The notes beneath the pieces were generated by a model. The model had not been told where the DNA came from. It did no database searches and saw only the letters and a program-made list of their open reading frames with translations. Positions 47,618-59,400 of a stretch of DNA of 64,000 bases are shown here, piece after piece (position 1 is the first letter of the stretch; every line of letters starts with the position of its first letter). A program made the translations under genes and the position numbers. Origin of the DNA: Zancudomyces culisetae HAW-14-8 (taxonomy: Eukaryota > Fungi > Kickxellomycota); NCBI GenBank assembly GCA_052426225.1, contig JBNJNM010000012.1:1116001-1180000 (forward strand), read 5' to 3'.

Positions 47618-49774
47618 TTATGAATGGAAAAACGAGTCGGCTTCTGATCTACGTTGAACATCTGTGGCAATTTCTCTCAGCGAGTTGGAGTTGTAAATAG
47701 AATATACCAGTCTCTTCAAACCCGAGGGATTCGATGCTGCAAAAGCGTCGCCAAGATACAAATCCAAAATATAAACAGTGAGCCTAGTCGGGGAACTAAA
47801 GCCTAGACCTTTAACTAGAGGAAAGAGCTTTGCTCCAAGTTTCTGCTTTTTATCACTCGGAGATAGGGAGCTTAGGGTATCTATGTATTTTTCAGCATCA
47901 ATGTTGTAAGAACCTAATGATGAATCATGCTCGTGTTTACGCTTGTGCTCAAAAACAGAGGCAGCTGAGTCCTTCTTTGTTGGTTTGTGCGAGTCAGAGG
48001 AAGTATAAAATCCTGGAGTTGATGCAGGACTATTATTAGAACAATTACCAGTTGGCGAGCAGTTGAGCAACTGCTCTGAGGCTGCATGGGGTTTGAGATT
48101 TCGTAGACAGGAATCACGAACAACTTGCAAAATTGTGTGTTCAGGCTGGTTTTCACCAAGTATATCTCTAGCTTTGGCCCATTCGTGCGGGAAAAGAGCA
48201 TTTGAATCAAGAATCGCTATTACATGGTCAAGTGGTAGCGATATGAGCGTTGTAATTATTTCTGGTGCATCACTGGTGATATACTGGGTGTTATTGTTTA
48301 GTTCTGAAATTATTTTTTGAGTCAGAAGCTCGCTTCGGGCTAAAACACTAAGACTTCCTATAATTGAAGCATCCAAGCCTGGTGGTGTAGATGGGTTTTC
48401 CGAGAAAGAGCAGCTTGGGTTTGGTTCCAAAGAAAAAGAGGATATTTCTTGCTGGATCCCAGCTCGTTTTGACGCCAAATTGTCGTATTCGCTACTGCGG
48501 GTACCATCCACAGAATCACAAGCAAAAAACTCAGTAGAGACCCTATCTCTTTGTGGGATATGTTCATGTTGTTCCTTTTCAGATAAGTGCTCATACCTGT
48601 GAATCGCTACCTGCTTACCCTTCAACATTACACCACTGAGTGCTTGAAGTGCGTTTGTGGCATGTTCAGGTGTTCCCATTTGAACAATCCCATAGCCATT
48701 GGATTTTCCTGTGCTTTGATCAATACTAACACGTGCTGAATGTACATAACCATATGTCTTAAACATTCGAAACAGCTCCACATGTGAAACGGTTGGGTGT
48801 AGGTTTGTAACGTACAGTTTTCCCGGAACCACTACAACACTCGAGTCTGCTGCATCCCCTGGCTTTGCGTGATCAGCCGCATTGGTTATACAGTTACTAT
48901 TAATCATTGTTGGTATATCTTTATTATTTTTAACTCCACTAAGCTGTCTATCCTTTACCACTTTGAGACTGACAAGTGTGTCTTTATATGTACCAAAATT
49001 TAGCTCCTGGAAAGCCATATCACCGCTTTCATTTGTAAAATACTTCACATAGCCTACACCAGTACACACTCCATCCAAATTTCTTGCGATTTTTAGCTCA
49101 TATATGGGTCCCGATACTCGCATAAAATCGTACAGTGTACTGTAATCTACGTCTTCTGGTAAAGGGCATATCCTGAGCCTATCCTTCATGCATGAGTTTA
49201 GTTTTTGCCGTTTTATAGGTGATACAGTTAAAAAACCACATTCTTTGCTCAGTTTATAGCTTGGTATTAGTACAAATGCTTTCTCTGTTGATGCTCTATC
49301 CTTAAAAAGTATTGTTCCTGAAAACTCCCTTCCATCACTAGGGTCAACGTTTAGTTTTTTTGCTTTTACCTCCTTTAAAATTTTTGGAAACTCTTCAATA
49401 CCTATTGATGAGAGTCCCCAAAAGTATAAAATATTGTTACTAAAACTCTTGAGTTTTTCTTGGATATCGTATTCACAACTATCCTGTTGTTTTGTAGTAT
49501 TGGTGGTATCTTCACCTAGTTTATTGCCTTTACATATACGCTCACTAAAAACAGGTGGTCCGTTTTTAGTTTTTTGACATTTTCGTTCAAAGCTCGCAGC
49601 CCCTACCTCTATCAGGCGGTTCCCTTTTATACTTCTCGCGGGTTCAGTACTAATTGTACCGAAAGACTCATTCAATCCATTTCTAACTGCTTCAAGGCTC
49701 ATTTCTGCCATATTTTGCGAAAAGACGGTCTCATTCTCTATACCTTGATATATTGAGTCTGGAACATTGATCAT
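47618..49774 (-). CDS. Multi-RRM RNA-binding protein with PABC/MLLE-like domain(s); divergent PABP-like
   Basis: Two clear RRMs (CTGVGYVKY; KLYVTNL...SNGYGIVQM) plus one degenerate RRM. The C-terminal LSSLSPSDKKQKLGAKLFPLVK...RLTVYILD resembles MLLE. Confidence 0.78.
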   Translation of the reverse strand: MINVPDSIYQGIENETVFSQNMAEMSLEAVRNGLNESFGTISTEPARSIKGNRLIEVGAASFERKCQKTKNGPPVFSERICKGNKLGEDTTNTTKQQDSCEYDIQEKLKSFSNNILYFWGLSSIGIEEFPKILKEVKAKKLNVDPSDGREFSGTILFKDRASTEKAFVLIPSYKLSKECGFLTVSPIKRQKLNSCMKDRLRICPLPEDVDYSTLYDFMRVSGPIYELKIARNLDGVCTGVGYVKYFTNESGDMAFQELNFGTYKDTLVSLKVVKDRQLSGVKNNKDIPTMINSNCITNAADHAKPGDAADSSVVVVPGKLYVTNLHPTVSHVELFRMFKTYGYVHSARVSIDQSTGKSNGYGIVQMGTPEHATNALQALSGVMLKGKQVAIHRYEHLSEKEQHEHIPQRDRVSTEFFACDSVDGTRSSEYDNLASKRAGIQQEISSFSLEPNPSCSFSENPSTPPGLDASIIGSLSVLARSELLTQKIISELNNNTQYITSDAPEIITTLISLPLDHVIAILDSNALFPHEWAKARDILGENQPEHTILQVVRDSCLRNLKPHAASEQLLNCSPTGNCSNNSPASTPGFYTSSDSHKPTKKDSAASVFEHKRKHEHDSSLGSYNIDAEKYIDTLSSLSPSDKKQKLGAKLFPLVKGLGFSSPTRLTVYILDLYLGDAFAASNPSGLKRLVYSIYNSNSLREIATDVQRRSEADSFFHS

Positions 49775-51509
49775 TTTGTTTTAAACTTTGAATAGTAAGT
49801 TGTAGACCGCGGTAGTGCTTATACTCAGTTACTTTGATGATGTTTTAAAAAGTGTTATAGTAACATTTTAATTCTTTTTGGCATTTTTTTTTTTAATTTT
49901 CCTAAAGAGCAAAAAATGCAATCATGACCAGCACATGGTACTTGGTGGCACATTAGCCAAATTATAGCGGTTTAATCAAAGTTATTCGCACTTTATTGGG
50001 GAGCGGAAAGAGAGGGGAGGGGGATAGAGTATGCTGATTTATTTTATAAATTAGCAATTGAACTGCTTATAAGGAATCATGTATTTGCAAAAGCATGCTA
50101 AGTAATGGAAAGCATAATCGACAGCAAGGCTATGGACACTTAAGTTATAATGTTGTTTTAAAACGAAGCACCAGTTTTATTCTTTTCGGGTTGAGAAAAT
50201 TTTAGGTAGTTGAGTCAGCCTATCCTACTCTATGCATAAACATCATGAATCCTCTTGAATTTCGATAGTAAAGCGCTTTGGAGAAAAAAATATGTTTCAA
50301 ACTCATGTTGCGGTGGTTAAGTAGGAAATATGATGGATTATTTAATACTCCCCATTATTTATCATAACCACCTAAAGAACGTCAAATGGTAATAAATGTG
50401 GCAGCGGGTTTGTGCTTATCATAAAAAAAAGAACTCCCCACCCCGATTTGTTCCCTTTTTAACCTTTTTTGTTTGTCTCAAACAGCCTTTAGGAACTCAA
50501 CTGCAGTACTAGCAGTTACTGAAAAAAGTTATCTCTAAGAATAAAAGATATATTATAAGCTGATACTAGTAATGCCCCTATGTTAATAAATTAATATAAT
50601 TTTTTTTTCAACATCACTTATTTTTTTGACAACCTTATTACCACTACTAAATAACAAATAATGACACTAGCTAGGAAATATGACATGAAACCTTTTAAAA
50701 AAGTACATCATATATTAAAACTATAAAATTTATAAATTTGAACCAAGTTGGAGTATTCTTGTTTGGTTAGAGTAATGGGTTTTATAAAGCCATCGATACT
50801 TCTAGAAACTACATATTCCTGTCACATTCTTAGTTGAAACCGCTTATAAAAATAAAAAGCTTTTTTGGTCAGTTTCAATGAAAAACACCAAAAGAAAATA
50901 AAGAAGCACTCATCAAAATATTGTATTCATTTCACGTTGAATGGTCTTGGATACTTCTTTAAACATATACTTTAATTTATGTACCAAAAAAACTTTTGCA
51001 AATATCGAGTCAAATTGATATTAAGGAGTCTCTATATAGATAAAGGTTGTTGCTTATTCATATCAAGCAATACATTGTTATCCCGTAATCGATAGTTGCA
51101 TCTGATAATCAAAAAGCGATTTTATAACTCAAATTTTTGAGGTAGTAAGCAACGCCCGGTGCCTAACTAACCTTTAACTTTTTTTTCTATATGCACTTTA
51201 TAAGAGTATACATGTATATTAATATATTTATATGGCGAATATTAATTAAACAGAAATGCTCAAAACAATCCACATAGAATGAAATTTGTTCTAAAAGGTT
51301 TGAATCAATCTATTAAGCTCCCTGGTTTAACCCTTAATATAGTTACGTTTTTAAAATAAACAATAATATATAACTAATATATTTACTAGTACCCATTCAG
51401 CACTTTGACCTCTATGTTATAACCACCACTTCCAAACCAATCAAACTGTAAATATTCAGTAAAAATTTTAAAACTTTTATATTTTTTTAAAAACTTTACA
51501 GAAAAAGTT

Positions 51510-51582
51510 GCCTTCTTGGCTCAGTTGGCAGAGCGTCTGCCTAGTAAGCAGAAGGTCGTCGGTTCGATTCCGACAGAAGGCA
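51510..51582 (+). tRNA. tRNA-Thr(AGT)
   Basis: Acceptor stem GCCTTCT/AGAAGGC, D-arm GCTC/GAGC, anticodon arm TCTGC-CTAGTAA-GCAGA, T-arm GTCGG-TTCGATT-CCGAC. Confidence 0.96.
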
Positions 51583-51588
51583 CTGTTT

Positions 51589-51660
51589 GCCTGATTAGCT
51601 CAGTGGTAGAGCGTTGGTCTTGTAAACCAAAGGTCGGGTGTTCGATCCACCCATTAGGCA
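51589..51660 (+). tRNA. tRNA-Thr(TGT)
   Basis: Acceptor stem GCCTGAT/ATTAGGC, anticodon arm TTGGT-CTTGTAA-ACCAA, T-arm GGGTG-TTCGATC-CACCC; T-runs downstream from 51667. Confidence 0.96.
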
Positions 51661-53990
51661 TTCAACTTTTGCGTTTTTTAAGCTTATTATTGTTTATTTT
51701 TACTTTGATATCATTGGGTTTTATGCATTTCTTTGCCTGAAGTTGAGTTTACCAGATACATTATTTCAAATATACTTTTCGACATGTACTAATAATATAT
51801 AATGATACTCGTTACACTTGGACTATTAATCTCATTCACTACTAATAGAGATACATGAAGGAATTGGTGGGCATGTTTGCATTTATCTTGCTGTCTAACT
51901 TGATACTGAGAAATATTTTGAAACAGCTCTTGCAAAATATTGCACTAAAAGAAAAGTCATCCAAGACATTGATAAGTTGATAAAAATTCTATTAATTTGA
52001 TCTATATTAAATACCAACTCATATCGCCTCAGTATATTTATTACCATTAGTGTTCATAATATCTATTCTTATTTACTGTAATGTACTGTGCTGTACTGCA
52101 TTGCAATAACTAATTATGAAGTACTATACAATATCGAGGTTATTTATTTGCTGATGCACGAAGTAATGTATATAATGGTACTACTTTTAAAACAATATCA
52201 CTACTTTAGAGTATATTATGACATTCTAATATTTTACGTTATGTACAATATTCTACACTGCCCTGGGCAGCCTCAGATACGCTTGTTTTAGTTTACTATA
52301 TTTGACATGTATTTTTTAATTATTGAATGGAATGAGTAAAAAGTTTATATTGCTATCTAGCTAGTAGAAAACAAAGTGTTCTCACCTAGTACAAACTAAT
52401 CAAAGAGCTACATTCTCTTAGTAGAATAGTAATGTCGTGAAACATAAGAATTTATTAATTCTGTTTAAATGTTTAAGTTTACTAGAAGTATAAGTTTAAT
52501 GGCGGGTAAATACTAAGCATATCAATCACCAGTGGAGTCGGAAACAAGTTATTCTTATTTAAAACTACGCATTAACTAATTTAATAAAACACGAAAACAG
52601 TCTCCAAACTGGTAACTAAAAAGAGAACACATCCCAACTAACTTCCCCATTTGCCTTTTTTCACACTTTACATAGTCATCTTTTCTAGCAATATGTATAT
52701 AAAAGTCATTCAGCATTTGTATGGGCGAATTCTGGGCCAAATGTAGAGGAATTAGTATGATAAGAGAAAAAAATGTGGGGGCAAACTATGCAAATTGGTG
52801 CTCAAAGCAAACAACCAAAAATACAGATTAAAAAAATGAGAGGAGGCAGTAAAGGGTTCTCTTTCAACTGTTTATAAAAGACCTTATAGAATTGTGAAAT
52901 GAACATGGAAATAAATATATACCAATTATTCTAGAGTTTTCACCTTATATAAACGAGCACAAAGATTTTTATCACAATACCAACACCAGTCAAAGAAATT
53001 CAAAGAAATGCTCATCACCTCTCCAAAATATCACACTATTTGCAATCCGGTTATCAAACAGGAAACCCTTGATCCACAACTATCAGAGCCAATTGATACA
53101 AAAAAGAATATAACATCCGAATATTCCAAGTATTTCTGAGAGGTTGATAGCAGAATATGATAAAGTCAGCTGAAGATGCAGTATGAGTTTTTATTTGAGG
53201 GTTTAGAAAATATTTCTAGTGTTACAACAATGGTAAACACATTTAAAAAGTAAAAAAAAAAACAAATACACATTTATACATAAAGTATTGTACAAGGATA
53301 ATGAAATACAGTGTTTATGATGGTATTTTTTGTTAATTAGTATGTTGTGCCTGTGGTGGGAGGGAATGAAGAGAGAGGAAAAGACAGAGAAAGAATAAGT
53401 TGTTATAACTGGATATTACTTTGCTTATTTGCTGTGAAAACCACCAGTGTTGTCTTGGTATATTTTGGTTGTACCAATTTCAATTCGTATAAAGCAAGTA
53501 CGCAGAAAATGCATTAAACATCTTACTTTGATAAAGTTTATTATAGGTATATTCATTTAATTATTTTTTAGGTTTGATTTGGCATATATATATTATCGAT
53601 AATTTTTTTATTTAGTGCTGACTTGCCAGTTTTGTTGGCAGAGTTTTGGAATTCAGATATTTTAATCTACTACATAAATGAGAAAAAAATTTTATTATTA
53701 GCAAATTACTAGCACATTTTCATTAGATTTTTTTTTTTGAGGGAAGAGTCGATTTATCAAATGATAAAAAAGGGCTTGAAAAATAAATCAAAATCACATC
53801 CCCCACCACCTCCATCTCCCGCCCACCTAAACATAAAAAAAATTCATAAAATCAATAAAATCAATATTAATAGATAAAATAGATTTCGATTCCAATTCCA
53901 ATTTCGATTAAGGAGGATTAGTACTTGGAATCTTGATAAAAACAAATAGCACAAAGAAAGACAAATAAATAAAAGGGGAATATAGACAAC

Positions 53991-54623
53991 ATGCATGCCA
54001 AAATCCTGACAGCGGGTATACTAAGATCGGCGGGAGGGAGACTTGTAACACAATCCAGAAGTACTGGTGCAGCGATCCGATTGGCGACCAGACCACTATC
54101 GATTCTGAGTAGCAAGCCACGATTCGGATCCCCATGTGGTACATTTTCACTAACAATTCTGGGGATGAAAACCAATCCGCTCAGCACACGCTATCAACAA
54201 CAACAACAACGACAACAACAGCAATATCAAAAAGAGCAGAGGTGCAACATGGCAACATTCAATCAAGTGATCCGGGGATGTCGCAAGCCAAAGCCCAAGA
54301 AGACTCGGTCGCCAGCACTAGATAAGTGTCCACAAAAACGTGGGGTGTGTACAAAAGTATACACAATGAAGCCCAAGAAACCCAATTCAGCCGTACGTAA
54401 GGTTGCGCGTGTACGGTTGAGCAACGGAAAGAACATTATTGCTTACATTCCAGGTGAGGGCCATAACTTGCAAGAGCACAGTGTGGTGTTGGTCCGCGGA
54501 GGGCGAGTACCAGATTTGCCAGGTGTGATGTACCACGTTGTTAGAGGAGCACTGGATTGCCAAGGTGTACAAGGACGTACTGCTAGCAGAAGTAAATACG
54601 GAGCCAAGAAACCAAAGAAATAG
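53991..54623 (+). CDS. MRPS12: Mitochondrial ribosomal protein uS12m
   Basis: Arg/Ser-rich presequence and poly-Q, then MATFNQ...CPQKRGVC...[20 protein letters not shown]...[27 protein letters not shown]. Confidence 0.95.
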   Translation: MHAKILTAGILRSAGGRLVTQSRSTGAAIRLATRPLSILSSKPRFGSPCGTFSLTILGMKTNPLSTRYQQQQQRQQQQYQKEQRCNMATFNQVIRGCRKPKPKKTRSPALDKCPQKRGVCTKVYTMKPKKPNSAVRKVARVRLSNGKNIIAYIPGEGHNLQEHSVVLVRGGRVPDLPGVMYHVVRGALDCQGVQGRTASRSKYGAKKPKK

Positions 54624-54923
54624 AGTAGAGAACGGATATTGAATTGATCGTTTTTTTTTCTATTTTCTATTTTCTATTTTGTGTTCTTGTTTTTTGTCAT
54701 TAATCAATAGTACCAATATATATAAATTATTATTATTACTAATATTATTATTTCTACATTTTCTTTTCTATTCTTCTCACTTTTTTTCTCTTCCGTTCTT
54801 TATTTTCATACAAAGTAGTTTAAAGTAAATGACCCCAATACGAAAAGTTGCTAATAAAACAAAAGTAGATAATGTAAACAATGGAAAAGAAAGGGGAAGG
54901 GGAAGGGGACACGTTCATATTAA

Positions 54924-56234
54924 TCAGGACTTGTACAGTATTCCGGCGGCATAACTAACAGAACTATCTTTTACAGACAAGCACTTTGAAGACTGTGAAT
55001 AATCCACAAAATCAACGCGAAATGATGAGTCTTTAGTTGAAGGGAGACTCTTTTTTCGGGTGGAGGTATATGCAACGGCCTCCAAAAGAACCATTATGGG
55101 ATGGCGTCCACAAATGGTGTTCTCAGTTGTATCCAGGTACGATGCAAACTGGGCGGGATCAAGAGATTTGATGGCGGCAATGGCTTCGTAATCGAGATTT
55201 TTGATGCTGGTATGGATTGGTACAGTCTTGAGGTGTTTTTGGTAGTTCACTAGTTCATCCCGCGAAGTAATTCTTGGATCCAAAAAAGTAAAATCGCTGG
55301 ACGGATTTTCGGTTTCAGAGGGTGAGTAGAATGTGTATTGGAACCTCGTACCCCAGTGGCAAAAATCAGATGATATGGCAAATAGTGTCCTGGATGGTTC
55401 GCCGCCACTACTATCTTCATCATTCAGGTATTCAGATAACACTTTACCATAGTAAGCCTCGGCTTCCCGGTCAAGATTTCCAACGATTATTGGAATGACC
55501 TTTAGTTTGTTTTCCAGAAGATAGTTGGACGAGTTTTTTGCAGCAGATTTGGCAGCAGACGAATAAGCTTTGTTTGTAAGAAGACCGTTGGTAGAATCAA
55601 GGGTGGTACCATGCTCGCCCTGGCTCTGGGCACCATCACGAACATTGTTTCCAGAGCTATCGCTTGGATGGTTTGTTTTCAAATGTGTTGTATTTTCCTT
55701 TGCAGCACCAAACACATAGTGCAAAAACGGCATAAGCATCTCTAAACTATGCTCATCTTCTTCCTGTTTCACACGTAGAGTCGAAAAGCGGGCACGGCGT
55801 TTAAGCCGGGCAATTTCGTCAACATCGACGGCCAATTTGCCAAAGGGCGTTTCCAAACTACCGCAACCACTAATTGCGCAATCGTCAAGGTAAACGTGGT
55901 GGCTTGGGCCTAGTAGAATTATTCGGGAGTATTTGGAGATATCGAGTGCCTTGTAGCTGTACGCTGCGGTGCGGCCGCAGTAGGTATATCCAGCATGTGG
56001 GACGATTATAGCGTGAATGTGGCTATCTCCCTTGTCATTTTCCTCTGTTTGAAGTTTATCTTTGGCTTCGTATTGTTGTTCTTGGTCTGGTTGTTCAGTT
56101 AAAATATCGGAAACTTGGTCAGGAACCGAATCGAGCCAGGACTGCAGTTCCTTGCCCAAAACCCGGGGATTCGCTGTGTACCAACTACCGGCATGGGTAG
56201 CCCTTCTTGTTGGTAAAGTGTTTTTTGCTGACAT
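54924..56234 (-). CDS. MHO1: MEMO1/Mho1 family protein
   Basis: Motifs RRATHAGSWY, IVPHAGYTYCG, LGPSHH, EHSLEM, ISSDFCHWG.RF.Y, NTICGRHPI and YSQSS...DSSVSYAAG; several low-complexity insertions. Confidence 0.94.
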   Translation of the reverse strand: MSAKNTLPTRRATHAGSWYTANPRVLGKELQSWLDSVPDQVSDILTEQPDQEQQYEAKDKLQTEENDKGDSHIHAIIVPHAGYTYCGRTAAYSYKALDISKYSRIILLGPSHHVYLDDCAISGCGSLETPFGKLAVDVDEIARLKRRARFSTLRVKQEEDEHSLEMLMPFLHYVFGAAKENTTHLKTNHPSDSSGNNVRDGAQSQGEHGTTLDSTNGLLTNKAYSSAAKSAAKNSSNYLLENKLKVIPIIVGNLDREAEAYYGKVLSEYLNDEDSSGGEPSRTLFAISSDFCHWGTRFQYTFYSPSETENPSSDFTFLDPRITSRDELVNYQKHLKTVPIHTSIKNLDYEAIAAIKSLDPAQFASYLDTTENTICGRHPIMVLLEAVAYTSTRKKSLPSTKDSSFRVDFVDYSQSSKCLSVKDSSVSYAAGILYKS

Positions 56235-56482
56235 GTAGATTCTAGTGCCGTGGAAGGAAAAAACAAAGAAAGAAAGAAAGAAAAAGCGAGATGAAGTTAA
56301 AGCGAAAGAGTAAAGTAATATGTATAGATTATCTTTTTTTTTTCTCTCTCTTTATAAAAAGTAATGATAATTTATAATGAAAAATAATGTTAACAAACAG
56401 GAAAGAGGAGGTAAAAGAAGAAAAGAAACGAAAAGAGTAGGTTAGAAAGAACAACAAAGGAAGGAAAGAAAAGGTTCAGGAA

Positions 56483-59400
56483 TTATTCATCCTCAGCACT
56501 ACTCAGCCAATCATAAAACGAACGCAAAGCCAGCAAATGAGAAGGAAGAGAAGAGGTAGATTTTTCAGACTTGGAATTGTACCAGGAAATAAACGAATCT
56601 TCGTCAAAGACATCCGCAAGATAAGAGATTTTCAAAATGTTGTTGATGGAGGAGGACCAAGCAGAAATATCGGGAGAAGTTAGAAGCAGAGTTTCTACAG
56701 CATAAAAGTAGGAATTGGGATCAATAGAGATGACAGACTTTTTGATAAGAGAGATGCGATCTTCAACAAACGAACGAACAAGTTTGCCAGAAGTTGGGAG
56801 GAAAATGCCACAAAACAGGCCAGTTAGTAGAGATTTTTTAGAAAGAGAAGAACGCAGTTCGGTGTGAGAAATAAACTTGATTTCCTCGGCTAGAGGACGG
56901 GAAATAAGGTTTGCAGAGGAAGTGGAGTTGTAAAAATAGAGAGAGTAGGTGTTGGCTAGGTGTAGTTCGGCAAGATGAATTTTGGATTTTGCGGAGGACT
57001 GGTCGGCAGAATGGTCGGCAGATACGGGTGAAGCTCCAGCGGGGGCAGCAAGAGGGTGGGGAATACTCTGGGGGGTACGTAGGCTGGGGTTTCTATCTAT
57101 ATAGACAACTTTTCTAGATTTATCATCGGTAGAGGTATGTTTATCAGAATCAGAGACCAAATACTCAGCAAAGCGTTTAGGCTGATCAAAGAAAGAACGG
57201 GAAGAAGTAGAAGAGGAAGGAAGGGGAGGAGGAGGAGGAGGGGTTGAAACTTGAGAAGGTTTCGATTGAGAAATTTGAGGTTGTTGTTGTTGTTTTTTAG
57301 ATTCAGGAGAGAGAGAATCTTTGGGATGAGGGGTTGGAGTAATGTCAGAAGGAGGAATTGAAGGAGTAGTGGAGAGAATGGGAGAACGAGGAGTAGATTT
57401 AGAATCAGGAGGAGGGTTGTGAGAGGGAGAAGGAGAGGAAGGACGGTGATGATGGTGGTGATGGTGATAATCATTGTGATTGGAATCAGAATCAGGATGA
57501 TTGTTAAAAGAAAGCTGGCGGTCGAAATGATGATCAAGATCAGGAGATGAAGGTTGGTTGAAATGGGATTGGCGAGACGAAGAGTATGAAGAAGAGGAGT
57601 AGGGTCTGGAGGAATTTCTGGAAAAGGAGGAAGGGCGAGTAGTAGGAGAAAGAGCAGCAGCAGGAGCAGCAGCAGGGCGATCGCGGAGTTCGTCAGAGGA
57701 GTGGGCGTAGTTGCAGCGGGAGCCATGTGGACAGCCACCAGGCATATTCAGTTTGGTACACATGACGGTTTTATACAAAGGATTTGGACCAAAGGCACGA
57801 GAGTGGTCAGCAGAATCGCGAGGAGGTCTTGAATCGCGAAGTTTGCGCAGTTCTTCTTCGCCGTGAGCAAAGACACAGCGAGTTGAGTATGGACACTCGC
57901 CAGTTTCCAGAAACTTTTCACACATTTTGGTTTTGTACAACATTGAGGTTGTGATTTGGCTGGCATGAGGAGGGCCACGAGAACTGTCGTCGTATTCGCG
58001 TCGTTGGAAGGGTCTGGATGGCCGGTAGTCTTTGTCGTATCTACGGAATTCGGGAGGAGGATGGTCGCGCTGGGAAGAACGAGAAGATGGATATCTGTTG
58101 TTATTGTAACTGCTGTTGTAACTGTTGTTGTAGCCGCTGTTGTAGTTGTTATTGTAGCTGTTATTGTATCCATAGCTTTGTTGGTCTCTTCTAGCAAAAT
58201 CAGGCCTTACATCAATCACCCTTTCTCCTTCTACCTCTCTTTCTACTCTTTCTCTCTTGTACATTCCTCGTTGTTCCTCTTCTGTGTTCAGTTGTCTCTC
58301 TTCTTCTTCTTCCTCTTCTCCTTCTTTTTGCTGTTGTCGCAACCCTGCCTTTTCCTGCTCTCTTTCCTCAAAGTACGACTGGTCTTCATCTGCCCAGTCC
58401 CCTTCGTATATCTTTTGTCTCCAATCACTTGTACTACTCGCCGTCATTACTGGTGCATTCATTGCCGGTTTTTTCGCTTGCTCTTCGTAAGTTCTTGTTC
58501 CCGGCTGCTCAACCACTGTTCGCTTCTTGTATTCTTCGTTTTTGCGCAAAATCCTATATCTAGGGTCTGCTCCACCATCTCCACCGTCTCCTCCTCTCTC
58601 CTCCCTCCCTCTATCTCTATCTCTATCTCTCTCTCCCCTATCTCTCTCCCCTCTCTCTTCTCCTCCATATCTTCGCTCTCTATACGTCCCTCCTCCTGGC
58701 CCTGAATTGTAGTTGCTGTTATTGTTGTGCATGTTTGAATATCTTCCCTCTCCTCGTGGTCCCCTATTATAATTGCCATAATTATTGTACCCTTGCTGCC
58801 TGACCATCGGTGCCTTGACCCACTCACTGCGTCGTCCCTCTACATATTCCTCTGCAATATTGAGTATATCCTGCATATTTTTGTACATCACTTTTTCTAG
58901 CGCCTTTTCTAGCGTGTACCATCCAAACACTATCCCACCGCAATCTACTACGGCCTTTACCGAATTCGCTATATCTACCACTCGTCCCAGATAAAATATT
59001 GCCCTCTTGACCTCATTATTGCTTAGGTACTGTATTTTGGCTCGAAATTCTGTTTCTACCACTATGCTTTTCGCTGCTATTCCAGTAAGCTCTACTGTTC
59101 CCCTCAAAGCACTCCTATTTTTTTTTTTAATCAAGTTTTCTATAAATCGTTGTACTCCTCGCCGTCCTACCTCCACTGCTCAATTCTATCTTTTTTTTTT
59201 TTAAAAAAAATCAATTTATCTTTCTTTTTCTTTTGTGAGGGGAAGAGAGAAAAGTCTGAGCTGGTGAAAAAAATAAAGAAAATATAACATTAAGGCTACG
59301 AGACAATCACAAACAAAACTCCGAGAATCTGGTGTTGTTAATACTGAAATGTCAAGTTTATTTCAATTGTCCTCCATAACTGGGTCTATCCTTTCCTCTT

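Noticed and set aside
51516-51740. 74-aa ORF over the tRNA pair
   Set aside because: Incidental frame across two tRNA genes.
56235-56482. Autoregulatory AU-rich element in the 3' UTR of the CCCH gene
   Set aside because: The region is U/C-rich but I saw no UAUUUAU heptamer.
59115-59176. ORF-track N-terminus MEVGRRGVQRF... of the 897-aa ORF
   Set aside because: The GTG start lies inside the intron; the upstream ATG exon restores an exactly spaced Nudix box.
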